The notes under the pieces are model-generated. The model did no database searches and was not told the origin of the DNA. It saw only the letters and a list, made by a program, of their open reading frames with translations. Below are positions 25,446 to 38,578 of a stretch of 64,000 nt of DNA, piece by piece. Position 1 is the first letter of the stretch. Every line of letters starts with the position of its first letter. The stretch comes from Camelus dromedarius. Its lineage: Eukaryota. A program made the translations under genes and the position numbers. The stretch spans positions 46,192,001 to 46,256,000 of the forward strand of contig NC_087436.1 in the NCBI RefSeq assembly GCF_036321535.1, in the 5' to 3' direction.

Positions 25446-27009
25446 TTTCTGAACAGTTTATACCATGTATATCAGTTAGTTAAGATGGTTAAAATATCTA
25501 GTTCTTACTACAATGTCTGGCACCCCTAGGTGTTCAATAACTGATACTGAATAAGTGCATGAACCACAAGGTTGACTGTATGCCACTAGCTAACTGTTTT
25601 CCTTATATGAATACTGTCAGAAAAGTAATTGGAAAATTTTTGCCCAGATGCTGACTTGAACAGTGCCTCTGCACTTTTCAAGGGCTTTAACTGCTTAGTT
25701 TCCCTACATTCATCTTCATTAACCATCAAGCTTTGTCCCTGAAAAATGGTGCAGCTGCTTGGTGGTTATTTTACCCACCCCTCACTAATCAGCTGTTCGC
25801 CAGAGATGGGGATTGATTTCTGACAAACAGATGATCGTCTGCAGGGAATGAGAGGAGTAGCCCAGCTGCTGGGAGGTGACTAGTGCTCTGGTTTGGCTTT
25901 ATTGCATCTCATGGGTAGAAATTGATGGATGCTTAATTTCAAGACAGTAATAAAGATAGGGAGATGCTGATGATTTTTGCTTGGAGAAGCTCTGAAATGC
26001 TGTGTTTATAGAGGCAAGCAGAGTGCAGAACTTAGTACAATGCAATTCTAGATTCATGTGTCTTCACTGCTGCTAATCGAATGAGTAGGTAGGGCAGAGG
26101 ACTTGTTCAACACAACTGCCTGGATAACAGATAAAGATTTGATCCTCCATGTAGGATCAAGATATATTCCAGACACACATGTTAGCAAAATAAACCTTTG
26201 CCATAGTTGAATATATGTTTATTGATAGAAATTATGAGAGTCTGAAAAAAGGAAATATTAATCACCTTTTGACTAATCACAACTCTGAACAAGATAGATG
26301 TAGAATAAAAGGTTTCAAATTACACTGGCTAAGAACTAGAGAATAAGTAATTATAATCATAACAATAAATTTATATAGGGCTGTGTAGAAGGTAAAACGT
26401 TCTTATATATTATCTTGACTGTGGAACAAGATGGCCTGTTCTCAGTTCTCATTCTTTTCAACTCTTTTAGCATTTGATTACGTCTCCTTCTGTGAACTTC
26501 CTTTTCCTTGGCTTCCATGACAGACAACTCTTTTGATTCTTTTCTTTCTCTGATTTTTCTATTCTAGATCCTCATTTCTTTTGCTGGCTAAAAGTATCTC
26601 ATGATTTTTTTTTACTTGGGTCTTGTCTCTTATGTCTTTATATTTTTTCTCTTGGTGGCATCTGTTCAGGTGAATCCCATATCTTTTCTTTCAGTTCTGA
26701 TCTTTTGAGCTGAAGCCCCATGTTTTACCTACCTGGTGGCTATCCACACAGAATGCCTTAGTTTTACTTCACACTTAGCATGTCTAAGATTAGCTTCATC
26801 TGCTATATCTGTTCTGTTATCTACCTACTAGTTTGCTTATTATTGAGAACATTCAAGTCTTCCTTTCTTGTGATTCTCCTGTTTGTTGATTTTAAAGTCC
26901 CTGCAGTTGTACCTAAACAGTATTACATCTACCCTGATTCAGGCTCCTGCAACAGTCTTTTAGCTGGTTGTGATCGCTGTCTGCTTTGTCACATAAAAAC
27001 ATTAACTGA

Positions 27010-27166
27010 GGTGGAGAGGATATAGCTGTGGTAGAGTGTGTGCTTAGCATGCACAAGGTCCTGGGTTCAATCCCTCTGTTAAAAATAAATAGATACCTCT
27101 GTTAAAAATAAATAGATAAATAAATAAACCAACCTAATTACCCCTCCCCCCAATAAATAAAATTAA
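27010..27166 (+). mobile_element. tRNA-derived SINE, camelid vic-1-like
   Basis: A-box-like tagctgtggtagag, tgcttagcatgcacaaggtcctgg, B-box ggttcaatccc, aacctaattacccctccc and an A-rich tail. 15-bp TSD aaaaacattaactga (26995-27009) / aaagacattaactga (27167-27181). Confidence 0.9.
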
Positions 27167-27478
27167 AAAGACATTAACTGACTTCCTTTGCCACATCTTT
27201 CCTTACCTGACATTGAGAGCCTCCCACGACCTGACTCCTTTCCACCTTTCCAGGTTTATCTCTAATTACTTCCTTTCCTCTGTTCCATATGCTCCAGCTG
27301 ATCCGGACATTTAAAATTTCTCAAACACACAAACATCAAACCTTCTTATTTAGGGCTTTGATTACATTCTTCTCCTTTATTTCCATCTTTTAGATCCCAT
27401 TTCAAAGGCAGGTTTCCTAATTTAGAAATAATTTCTTCATCATCTGGAACCCTTACAGCACCTATTCTGTTTCTTTTT

Positions 27479-27742
27479 TTTAAAAGTAATTTTAAAAAAT
27501 TGAGGTAACATTGGTTTATAATATAAGTTTCATGTGTACAACATTGTATTTTAATGTCTGTATACACCACAGTGTGTGAACTGTTACACCACAGTGTTTC
27601 CATCCATCACCATACATTGATCACCTTTACCCATTTTTGCCCTTTCACTCCCTCCATCTCTGGTAATCACTGTTTTCTCTGTTCTCTGTATCTAGGTGTT
27701 TGGTTGGTTGGTTTGGTTTGTTCATTTATTTACTTTGTTTGT
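27479..27742 (-). mobile_element. 5'-truncated L1 3' end with TSD
   Basis: attgaggtaacattggtttataatataagtttcatgtgtacaacatt...ctctggtaatcactg. 14-bp TSD ttctgtttcttttt at 27465-27478 and 27743-27756. Confidence 0.85.
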
Positions 27743-29296
27743 TTCTGTTTCTTTTTAATGGCAGTTATTATAATATGTCTTGCACTCCAGTTTTTATTTC
27801 TGTGCATTTTTTCATGTAAGATTTTAAAAGGTAAGACTCATATGTGGTTTCATCTTTGTACCCTCACAAACCCCAAAACAAAGGCCTCTTCCTAGATGAC
27901 TTAAGTTTATAAAATGAATAAATATATTAATAAAGAAGTTTAACAGAGAGAGAGGAGAGAACAAATAGGAGAAAGAGGATAGGCTCATATATAGAGAAAA
28001 GTGAGCATAATAGAGTCAACTCTAGAATTAAATTGGAATACAAGAATACAATTTAATTCTAAAATATTTATATAATTTTAAGATTGTTGAGTGTTTATTC
28101 AGACATATTTTGATTTAGCATAAAGATACAGATATGTAGATGTACTAATTATAATGAATGTATTAAGAAGGTTTACCCAGTATGATCTCAAGTCATTTCT
28201 GAGAAACAAGAGTGCCTTGAGATATAATGGAGTACTCAGTCATCACCAGTTAGAGTACTGTTTACTTCCCTTACGTTGTTTGAATATCCAGTGGTCAGAA
28301 TTTCATTGGTGTAAATGAAAATGATTTTACTTTAACGATTTGCTTGCTGCTGGAACTAGCAATTTTCTAGCTCTCCCATTATGCTCACTATACAGGTTTA
28401 TCAGTTGCATTTACTATCTCTGCTTAATTTAATAATAAGATATGAGTAATTGCATGCACTATGTTAAGGAAAATCTGAACACTGACTTTTATTAATCACC
28501 ACTGTTTTAAAAAGTGGCTTCAGCAGACTTAGGGAATTTGAAATACCTGCCTGTGATAATGTCTATCTTCCTGCTTAAAAATGATTTCCTGCTACTTGGG
28601 ATGCTCTTATTGTCGTTAATATTTTCATTTTGGGTATTACTTGATGCTTTTTCAGCAAACAATTTTTTGTTACTTAATAAAACACAACTAGGTGATCACC
28701 TATTAAAACAAAAAACAATAGCTCAAGCCGACTCTGCATACCTCCCCTCCCACCTTGGGCATAGTTCTCAACATAAGGCTTCTTTATGTTTTTCTTTTAA
28801 ATTTAATTCTTGCTTTGTGCTGTAGTTTTGGTAATTATCGTCTGCTGTGTTTTTGCCCAGTACCCTGTCCTAGTGACCTCCACTGTGCTCTAGCTCCTCG
28901 GTCCCTGCAGCCACGGTTAATCCTACTGGTGTTCACTTAATGTCTGCACAGTGATTGGGTGAATGGAACCAGCACTTGATTTCTAGTCAAACCTGCTGCT
29001 TGCTGGTTGTGTTCTCTGCTTGTCTGAGTGTTTTCTGCCTTTTCTTTGACCATCACTACGCTCCACACATATGGTAGAACATCTCTGTTATTGCAGGTTG
29101 GGCCTCTATCATTGCTGGCTTCTCTGGAGTGGGCTTTCAGTAGATGCTTTCACCTTTGAAATAAACTTTCTTTCTGCTCCTTCATGCCAGTTAATTATCT
29201 CATACATATTAGTCCCAACCCAGAGGGCGAAGTCCCTGGAGATCTTGCAGGCTTCTACCTTTGGTTGTAACATACAGGATCATGTTGGTCTATGAG

Positions 29297-29416
29297 AAGG
29301 ATGTCCCTATTTCCTGGTTTACCTAGGACAGTTCTGGTTTTTGCCTGCTATTCTGGTTTAATTACTAATAGAACCCCCTTCACTCTCATAAGTAAATTAT
29401 ATAATATGATCACAGC
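29297..29416. mobile_element. hAT-Blackjack MITE (MER94-like)
   Basis: tcctggtttacctaggacagttctggttt...taattactaatagaacccccttcactctc...aaattata...tgatcac resembles the MER94 consensus. Confidence 0.7.
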
Positions 29417-30639
29417 TTCTTCCTAAGATATGACAGTAGCTGAAATTAAAATTTTTGCCTTATCTGTATCAATTTTAGTGCCATACTGAGAAAGTCTGAG
29501 GTTTCATTTTTAAAATCAGATAACATAAGCTGTCTAGGTTATTAAGTGATTTGGAGTTTATAGCTATTTGAAAAAAGATTATAAAGTGTAAAGATATAAA
29601 TGGACAAATCAAGACAAAACATTTTTCTCAAAGCCCACACATTTATTTGTATATTATATTATCATAGGCTTAAGAATTCCTGAGAAGACAATTTTAAAAG
29701 ATTTGTTTCATTCCCCTTATCAAATAGTCCGCAAAGCAACACACTGTCCAAGACACTTAATTTTGCATGCCTAAAATTGTATTTGTTTAGTTATGTAAAC
29801 TCTTTTGGGGACCATATAGTGAAGTCCTGCAGTTATTGAATCACTCAAGTGAGGAATGATAACAATTCTAAAAATACAGTATCTCACTTTTTTTAAAGTG
29901 ATAGCATGCCGTTCATGTGCAGTGTAGCAGAAAATGACTAGGCCCTGGTAATTATTCTCAGGGCTGCTGTCTGTGAATTAAGGCTTAAGTGCCTTGAATT
30001 GCAGATGCTTCAATTCCTTTTTATTCACGTTGTAAAGTCCCCTAAAATTATTGCAAATTACAGCAACAGAAAGGGAACAGTGGATCTTGTGAATAAATTT
30101 AAATGAAACACAGAGTAAGGTCTACAGGGTGACACAGCAATTTCTCTGATAAATTCTATAAACTGTAAAGATATTATTATCCTGCTTTTCCTAATATTTC
30201 AGTGGATACTGAGATACTGGAAAAAAAGGAAAAGATAATCCACCATATAGACACTATGCTTTTCCATTGTGCACACCTAGTTTACCATGACAGGGAGTTC
30301 AGTGTCTACGTTTGGGCTATTTTTCATGATGAGGAAACAAGTCTGCTTTTGTTTCTTTTCTTCTTATATTCTCCTGCCTATTCCAGGATAGGTAAAGAGG
30401 ATAGTATTTTAATATGATTATAAAGTCAAGAAAAGGGGTTTACTGTAGTCTTGGGCTGCTTTGTGTAAGTTCTGAGAACCTTTATGTAGGAAAGAGGCTT
30501 TATCTCGCACATCTCTTTTGACTTTGACTTCTAACTTCACTGCCTCCAGTAATTTTTTACACAGTTCATTGTGATTTAAAATAGATATGAGAGACTGTGA
30601 CTCAAAGTCATCAGTTTTATAGGTATAAAAGGGACATGA

Positions 30640-31010
30640 GAGGATTTATCCTTCTGCCTTCCATTAGCACCACAACTCCCAACTCAAGAGATGGTCATTT
30701 GTGTCAGACTTGAAGACTTTTAGAGATGATAGTCCATTCCAACATTAAACAACGCCACTCTCCGAGACATCTTTCTTCGATCTAACCTGAGTCCTTCTTC
30801 ATATTGGAATTTAAGGCTGTCTCCTTTGGTTCTGTCCACATTGTAGATAGAGAACAGCTGGTCACTGGAATAACTGATCAAATACTTTAAGAATGTTATT
30901 AAATCATCCATCAGTCTTCCCTTCACCAGGCGCAATAATCTCAGTTCCTTTAATCTTTCCTCATAGATATTACTTTCCAACCCTTTAATCATCTTTGTGG
31001 CTCCTCTCCA
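30640..31010 (-). mobile_element. L3/CR1 LINE 3' end retaining the ORF2 C-terminal reading frame
   Basis: Translation [43 protein letters not shown]...DQLFSI...DRTKGDSLKFQ...LRLDRRK matches the CR1 ORF2 tail [43 protein letters not shown]...DQLFS...RTRGNGLKLQ..RFRLDIRK. Confidence 0.92.
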
Positions 31011-33349
31011 CTTTAGTAGAGTTAAATTTGAACCCTACAAATTGGGTACAGGTTTTAAAAAACTGTTCTTTTTAGAATAAAGAGTAACTATCTATCTGGT
31101 CCTACAAAGCTTTTGGCAAAGTTACAGCTGCACTCAGAGGCCTCTTTCATCCCAGAGGCAGAGTTGGTTCCTAGACCTTTTCCTTTCAAGTTCACGGAAC
31201 AATTTTTTCCACGTGTGTTGATGGCGTGAAGACTCATGGGGTCAAAAAGAGATGAAGGCTTAATTTTAAGGTGACATTCCTTCTAACTCCTATTTTCTTC
31301 CTCCTCCTACATTGAAAATTTTTATTTCATTTATGACTATTGAAGGAATATTTTAAGTAGGATAGTTAATATTGAAAAATCGAAAAATTTAAAGGTATCA
31401 AAAAGTACTTAGAGAAAACTTCTTTTAGGTTAATGAAAGAAATACAAATATATTTGCTAGGTTAACAATGAATAATTATTTTGTGTTAAGAACCTCTCAA
31501 ACTGTGCAATTAAGAGTTAAGAAAGTTTTCATGAAATAAAAACGCTGATCACTTCCATTTGTTTTTATGAAAGAGTGTGTCTAGATTCAAATAATGTCAA
31601 TATCCAGGTAACTTTTCCATAGAATGTGGATTTTAAGTAACAAAGGAACAATTCAAATATAGTATGTGACTTCTGGTCTACTGGCTTTATGCTATAAGCC
31701 TTGTCCAGTTCAAGCTCCATTTTATGCACGCTAATATTGGCTAGTCTCCCAGACCATAAAACTACCATTCTTAATTTGACCTTCAACCCCACCCCCCCAC
31801 CTCTTGGAAAACTTTGACAAATTGTGTGTTGGTGTGTGTGTTTATTGCAGGGAGTGAAGGGGAGTGCATATGGATTAAGAACATTCATTATTCCAAGGTC
31901 AAGGTTTGCCTTTTAAAAATGAGGCTAAAGACTTTCAAGCAGAATAGACTACTAGAAAAATTGTTGGTGGAAAATGACTTATTACACAAATGATATAAAG
32001 CTGAGGAAATGTGGCTGTGAAACACAGCAGCTATTGGAGTTTTTGTAGGAAAAGCAGGATGACAAGCATACAAGCATGTGCAAAGCAAGCAGTATTCCAC
32101 TTTATGAAAGCTCAGGACACTGATTATCACAGATAGAGAATGTGGTCTCTATGAAAGATGAAGCCCATCATCCATTAATATTCCAGACCCAGGGCTCTCA
32201 GTCTTTGTATTCAGCTCCCATTACAAGCTTGACACAACTAAAGGACACGAGGTGGAAAAAAGTCAAGACTTGATATGGTGTCTTTATGTCAACTTTTTTT
32301 TTAAAGTGCAATAGAAGTGTATTATACTTGCAATAAAAAAGACTTATGAACATATCAGGAATCTGTACAAATGAATTAAAGTCATGGAGGTAGTTGTCTG
32401 GGGGTAAGGTTGGGGTTACCAGGTTCCACTAACTCTACTTCAGCAACAAATTCTAAATGTTTCCTGTGTCGTAAATTAGAAACTACTTGTTTTTAATTAG
32501 GACCATCTGTAAGCTCAAAAGGACTTGAGGACTAAACGGGTGCCAAGGTGAAAACTGGTGGTGTTTATTCCACAGGCCAAATATTTTCTGCTAGACAAAT
32601 ATTTCATAGATTTGAGTTAGCATGTGACCTGTTTCCTCTAAAGGTCTCCCATTAAGTAGATAACAGGTGATTAAAAGATGGTGTATAGAAACCATCGAGA
32701 AAATAAGACCAGCTTCCCTAGTGTATATATGATTTAATATAATTTTCATCAATAGATCTTCATGATTAAAACAAGGTATCTGTTATTTTAGGGATTAGGC
32801 AAAGAAGATGAAAATGAAGAAACATGGCACTCCAGAAAATATAGACCACATAGATGACATTTTGGAAAGAAAGAGGTCATTTAAATGAGAAAGCAAAGAA
32901 AGCTGGCAAAGCTTAAAAGGAGTAGCTTCAACACAGAGCAAGAATGATTTGGCTTTAATGGATATTACAGATTTCTAGAATGTGAGAATTGTAAGACATC
33001 TTAGAGATTGTACAGCTCAGTCCTTTAAATTTATAGATTAAAAACAAACAAACAAGTAAACAAAAACACTGAGTTGCAGAAAGGTCTTCCTTTCTTTTGT
33101 CTCTGTATTCTGCTGAAAGGCTAGTGAGATGAATACTAAGATAGTGAACAGTTACAGCAAATAAATGTGGGAGGCATTGTGTAGTGTTCTGGAAGAATGG
33201 ATCTCCATTCAAATTAAGAAATAATAACATCGATTTTAGGAAAAGCCATTAAGGACTCTCAGGAAATTATTGTTACTCTGTATCATTTCAGAAAAGATTT
33301 ATAATTAATATGAGATAAGAAGATGTGCAAGTGATCACAATTTAGTAGC

Positions 33350-33556
33350 AGTAGTTGAACTTACTGGACTGCCACATTATTGGGCAGACAAATGTATTAT
33401 CTAACTTAACTCTTATCTAACTTAATTATCTTCTATATTTTATAGCTCAATAAATTGAAACATAGATTAAACCATTAGCTCAAGTGACAGTCTCAGGGTT
33501 TGAACTCAAGTCTGCCTGCCTGTAGAGTCTGTTCATAACTGTGATACCACTGTGCT
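33350..33556 (-). mobile_element. MIR SINE
   Basis: aaattgaaacatagattaa...agggtttgaactcaagtctgcctg...agagtctgttc. Confidence 0.6.
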
Positions 33557-35649
33557 TTTGACTATACAAAGCAAAATACTAGTGTACTGCAAGAAAGATG
33601 TATATGGACTTATATGTGGAATTGAAGGATTGGAGAAAATCACTTGGGCCAAGGTGGAGGGCAGGGTTGAAGGTGGGTCTGATGGAGATGGTGGTCCTCA
33701 TAATGGCCTTTGAAAGATGGCAGATTTTAGATAGATATAATGAGAAGCATGTTCCTGAAAGTTTAAGGATGCCATATTTTCTTTTAGCAATGATGGGATG
33801 GATTCCAGAATAGTTGGTTCAAAGATTGCCATCAAACCATCCCTTTATCAGTGTACATTCTGAGCATTAATATGAATGGGAATTTGCCAGTCTTGGCTTT
33901 AAATAATCCTTAGGATGACTCCCTTGTTTACTTATATAATTTTTATTTCTCTTTTTACTGCCTTGGTTGAAGGCTTATACCATTGTAAACCTTGCATTTG
34001 AAAAGTTCCGTCTGGGTGAAACCTAATTTCCCCACAATATGTTGGGTTCTGAAAGAGAATTTTTCAAAATGCTTCTGGCATAAGATGTTTTATTCATCTC
34101 TGTTGACAGATGAATTGACCTTGCTTTCTATTTCCTTGGTTGTGCCATTTATTTGAACAGTCATGCCTCAGCACTTATTTTTTTGTAATATGTAGATCAC
34201 ATAAGAAATTTTTTATATTTCCTTTCTGGTGATCCATGAAGAAGAGCAAAGAGCTGCTACTGGGATGCTGATATATATATAGAATTTTAATAAAATAAAG
34301 TCTATTGTAAATTACATCTTTTGTACATAATTGATTCAGATGACACTCAGTTATTTAGCATGTTCAACTGACCAACTGGAAGTATAGCTGTCGTTAAACA
34401 AACTTCTTTATCAGCTTTAATATTACATGTTTCTAACACTTTGAAGTCATTCTTTCATTTTCAGTAATCACTCTACATAATTTAAAACCATATAGCAGTG
34501 TTCCTAGAAAATTTTCCTTCTATACTCAAGAAAACTATTTTTGAGGGACAAAAAGAGCCCACTGCATTCTGGTTATCTTTCATATCAGTTCCTGTTGAGA
34601 AACAAATATAATCAAAAGGATTAATATTAGTAGATTTTAACATGCACTATACATTGATATTTGGAAAATATAAATCATCAGAGAGAAGTATTAAACCAAA
34701 GAATGTTCTCAAAACAAACAAGTTTATTTTAAAGTGTTGTAAGACAATAGATAACAAGGTACTTCTAGAAAATAGTTGTTTGGAGGAGAGACAGAGTTAA
34801 AATGCCCTTCTTAGATTAGGATAACTTTTTCAATATAAATAATATTTAGCAGTCAACTATATTTTGTGCCAGTCATATAGACTGAACATAATTTATTCAT
34901 TTCCTGAAGTATTGAATGAGGGAAGTGGCCATTTACGGTTATACCCGTAAGTTGTATGAGAGCTTTTAAGAATGAACTGGAGAAGACTCCAGTTTGGTGA
35001 ATGACTGAGTTTCCTCCAATTCAAGACTAATATTCTCTGCTAGATTCTATTGCTTCTGCTGCCTGGTAAACAAGAAAATTCAGAATAGCTATTACATAGA
35101 CAAACTCTATCTTAGTTTCTTAAGTGTATCTTGCTTTATTCATCAGATGTATTCTTGAAAAATTTTGTGTAACATAGAATTTTTTAAGTTAGATGTTTTA
35201 AATACATATTGGAACTTCTCATTTAAGCGATATTACAAAAGTGAAGAAATGTTTGGCAAAATTTCTCCAAAGTTTTATATTCCAAATTTTTGTACGTTGG
35301 TGATTTTGTTGAGCTGTTATTATTTTGCAGTAGGCTATAACTCTTTATCTTCAAGCAATTTTATGAAGAATACAAATGAAATAACTACAAAGTGTAAGGA
35401 ATATACAAGAAATCAATGTTACATATTTAAGCACACAGAGAAGGTTATACCTATAGCTGACTGCCCAATCGGTGCCAAGTCGCATATTATACTTAGAAGT
35501 AACTTTGCCATAAATAATAAATATCTTTGCCATAGAGGAGATTACACCTGAACTCCCTGCAAAATCTGTGCCACACAAGAGGGTCACATTGAGACCTATT
35601 TGCACAGTCTGTGGCATAGACTGAGTTTCACCTATACCTTGATTGTTTT

Positions 35650-35776
35650 ATGATTTTACTGAATGAATTCTGTAAGGTCTGTACTCTTTGAAGTCTCTGC
35701 TCAGTTAGCTTAACTGTCAGCTAATGACTGTGCAGAGATTTCCTTAAATGCCTTGAACCAATAAGTCTCTATTTTG
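35650..35776 (-). mobile_element. Old L1 fragment (5' region, L1M-type)
   Basis: tgaagtctctgctcagttagctt...cagctaatgactgtgcagagatttccttaaatgccttgaaccaataagtct, recalled as L1M 5' sequence. Confidence 0.5.
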
Positions 35777-35789
35777 AGACAAGTTTCTC

Positions 35790-36015
35790 TCGTAATCTAA
35801 GATGGCTGCCAGCAGCAACTGGGACAACACATTCCTTGGGGTGGGAGGGTGGAATCGGAGGGTGCGGGGACAGAACTACCTTCTCTGAGCAAACCAGAAT
35901 GACATAGACTAACTCTTGCCTGAGACATGTTAATTGCTGGCAAAGGGGAGAAAATTCTCATAGTTGGCTTGATTTAAACATTTGGAGTGGAATGAAAGTT
36001 GGAGAGTCAACCACA
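35790..36015 (-). mobile_element. MaLR (MLT1J/K-like) LTR fragment
   Basis: aagatggctgccagcagc...gctggcaaagggg...ttggcttga. Confidence 0.4.
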
Positions 36016-38359
36016 TTGCTAGCAGAGTTACTTCTGGAGAATAACTTTAAATAAGGGGAAGGCATAGTCTTGAAAGATAAAAGCAGCTGGGAAAGGGAGG
36101 ACTGGAGACAATGATTGAGAATTCTTGCCCAAGCTTTGTCTTCTGTTTTTGACTTCGTCTTTATTTATGCAAAGATGCATTTTGATGTGGGAAGAATGTT
36201 TACTTTAGCCATACTAAGATTAATTTAAAAAATTTGTCTATATAGACTTCTATTCACTTTTTAATTTTCTGTACTACAGTAAGATTTGTATGAGGTTGCT
36301 TCAAGGGACAGTGTGGGGCAATGAATGGAACATTAAGAAAAAGTCTGTAAGGAGTAAGTAGGTAGGTTCTGTTGCATTTCTGTTACTCAAGTTGGGGACC
36401 ATTGTTATGTTTGGAAGCAGTAGCTGTGATCTGAAGAGCATGAAATTATTCAGTAGCTGGAGAAGGGTGACAGGGTTGTACCTATCAAGTGGTATTAAGT
36501 ATGGTACATTATGTTCTTTGGCCCCTAGAAGCTTATAATTACCCACTGCAGAACATCGCAGCATGAGTAATGGAGCTTCATGTTCTATATAGTAATGTCA
36601 GATGGCTCATTTATTAGTCATTCTTCACAATATCTTTGTGAAGTGGACCAATGTTACTATAATCATTACCTGTCTCCTATCTGATGAATAAATTGAATCT
36701 CAAAAATATGAATCACATTACTAAAGATCACACACATAGCTTATGAGTAAGTGTTTGAATAATTTCTTCCAGTGTTTGTTCAGTGCTCATTCAGTGAGAG
36801 TTTCCTTCAGCAAATGGACTTAAGTATTATTTCTTTCAATAGTCAAGAAAAGAAAAATATCCACAGACTGTCTTTTAGTCTCTGTTTCCTGATGTTCATA
36901 AGGTGAGATAGTTTTGGACTAGTAGAACCAGAATAAAGACGGCAGTCTGGGTACTATAGAAAGAAACCCAGTGTAATTAACATGTAGGGACAAAGAAAGA
37001 ACAAGAGAAAGAGAACATGGATTTAGCAGCCTCAAAATAAAACTATAGGTAATACATTTATTAAGTACTTAATGATGAGAGTGATTATATTTTCATTAGG
37101 CAGCACATTCCTTTCTCTTGCTAAGTGAATTGGAATGTTCTACAGCTGATTAACATGGAAAAGCTGTGTCTCCCTTAAAGAAACAAAAACAGCCCCGAGT
37201 CCTTCAATTCATAATATGTAGGTTAAAGCCATATTTGATAGGAAGGAAGAAGGCAAAATTCATTAAGTACCCAAAGATAGTTGTTGCTAACATTTGGTCT
37301 CATTCCAACATTTTGGACTTCCTCTTTTCCACTGCAGATAGCAATTATCACTTTTTAATGTGGCTTTGAAATTTTAGAACAGAATCCTTGTGAAGTGCAT
37401 CAAACATTCTTGAACTGTTTTCAGAACATTCTTTTCATGGAGCCATGGAACCAGCTGCTCTTCTGCCTTAGTCAGTTAGCATTTTGTCATTGATGCTTTT
37501 AAGACTGTGTGTATGATAAAACAGAATCTGAGACATTGATCTCGTTGCAGCTATTTTAAGGAGGCAATTACAGCAAAATGAGACACTGATTTATAATGTA
37601 TTGTTCACTGGTCTAGACCAAATTACATGATTTGTCACAGAGGTTACCTATGTATATCACTCAGGAAAAAAAAATACTATGGATGTAACTGCAGAACAAT
37701 TGAATGGACTTTTTTTGTGCTAAAGGAGAATGCAGTCTTACATTAGGGAATTATGGACTAAGGTTCTTGATGTCCTTTATAGCTACATGAGCGCATTGAA
37801 ATGAGGACACAACTAATAGGATAATTCAGTCTGAAAGTCCTTCTGTTGAAGACAAAGTTTTACTCATTCTATATGTGTAAAAAGTGAATCCAAATTTCAG
37901 CCAAATTACAGGAGTGTTGCTTAGCACCAACATTCTTGGATCCAATATCTGAAGTCATCTTGTAATTTTTATTGACTAAAACAGTAATCATCTCACTTCT
38001 TTTCCTGTGTGCATTTTAGAAAATCAGTTGGTATAATGGGTTCTGAGTATACTGTTTCAGAAACACATAGGGGAAAATTGTCAGCGTGGATTATGATATG
38101 TTCTCTTGCTCATGTTTGGCTTACTGATAAAGTATTGATGTTTGTACTTATGGCTTGAAGGTACATTTCTTTCTTTATATACACTTACTCTACAGATTGA
38201 TTGTGTTTAGAACTGGGTGACTTTTGAAATCAACAGCAATCATACTTGGATTTTTAGTAACATCTGGGCTAACCCAAGAAATTGAGGTGATGACTTCAGA
38301 ATTCTTTGACATTAATTATTCTATGCCAAAGAACAATCATGTGTTTAGTAATTATATAT

Positions 38360-38578
38360 AACTAAGTTCTATGTTAGATGCTTTTTATACTTTAACCTGT
38401 GTACTTTTCACAGCACAACATTTTGGTTAAGGATCTAATTTCCTTATTTTGCACTTAAGGAAATAATCTCATCAAGTTTCTCATTTGCCTAATCACACAA
38501 TTCGTACCTGGGAGAGCTAAGGTTTAAACCAGGTCTGTCTGAATTGCAAGGCCATGCTTTTTCATTCTGTCATGTTGC
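38360..38578 (-). mobile_element. MIR SINE
   Basis: cttattttgcacttaaggaaa...tttgcctaatcacaca...ggtttaaaccaggtctgtctga...aaggccatgctttt. Confidence 0.65.

Larger units (their letters stand above)
26430..27925 (+). mobile_element. Long L2 remnant interrupted by a SINE (27010-27166) and an L1 (27479-27742)
   Basis: ttccttggcttccatgac...ctcctgcaacagtctt...gacctgactccttt ccaccttt ccagg...ctcatatgtggtttcatctttgtaccc...aaatgaataaat. Confidence 0.7.

Noticed and set aside
27010..27075. tRNA gene call (also 57320-57385)
   Set aside because: The tRNA-like head is followed by a SINE tail, poly(A) and TSDs, and the acceptor stem is not intact.
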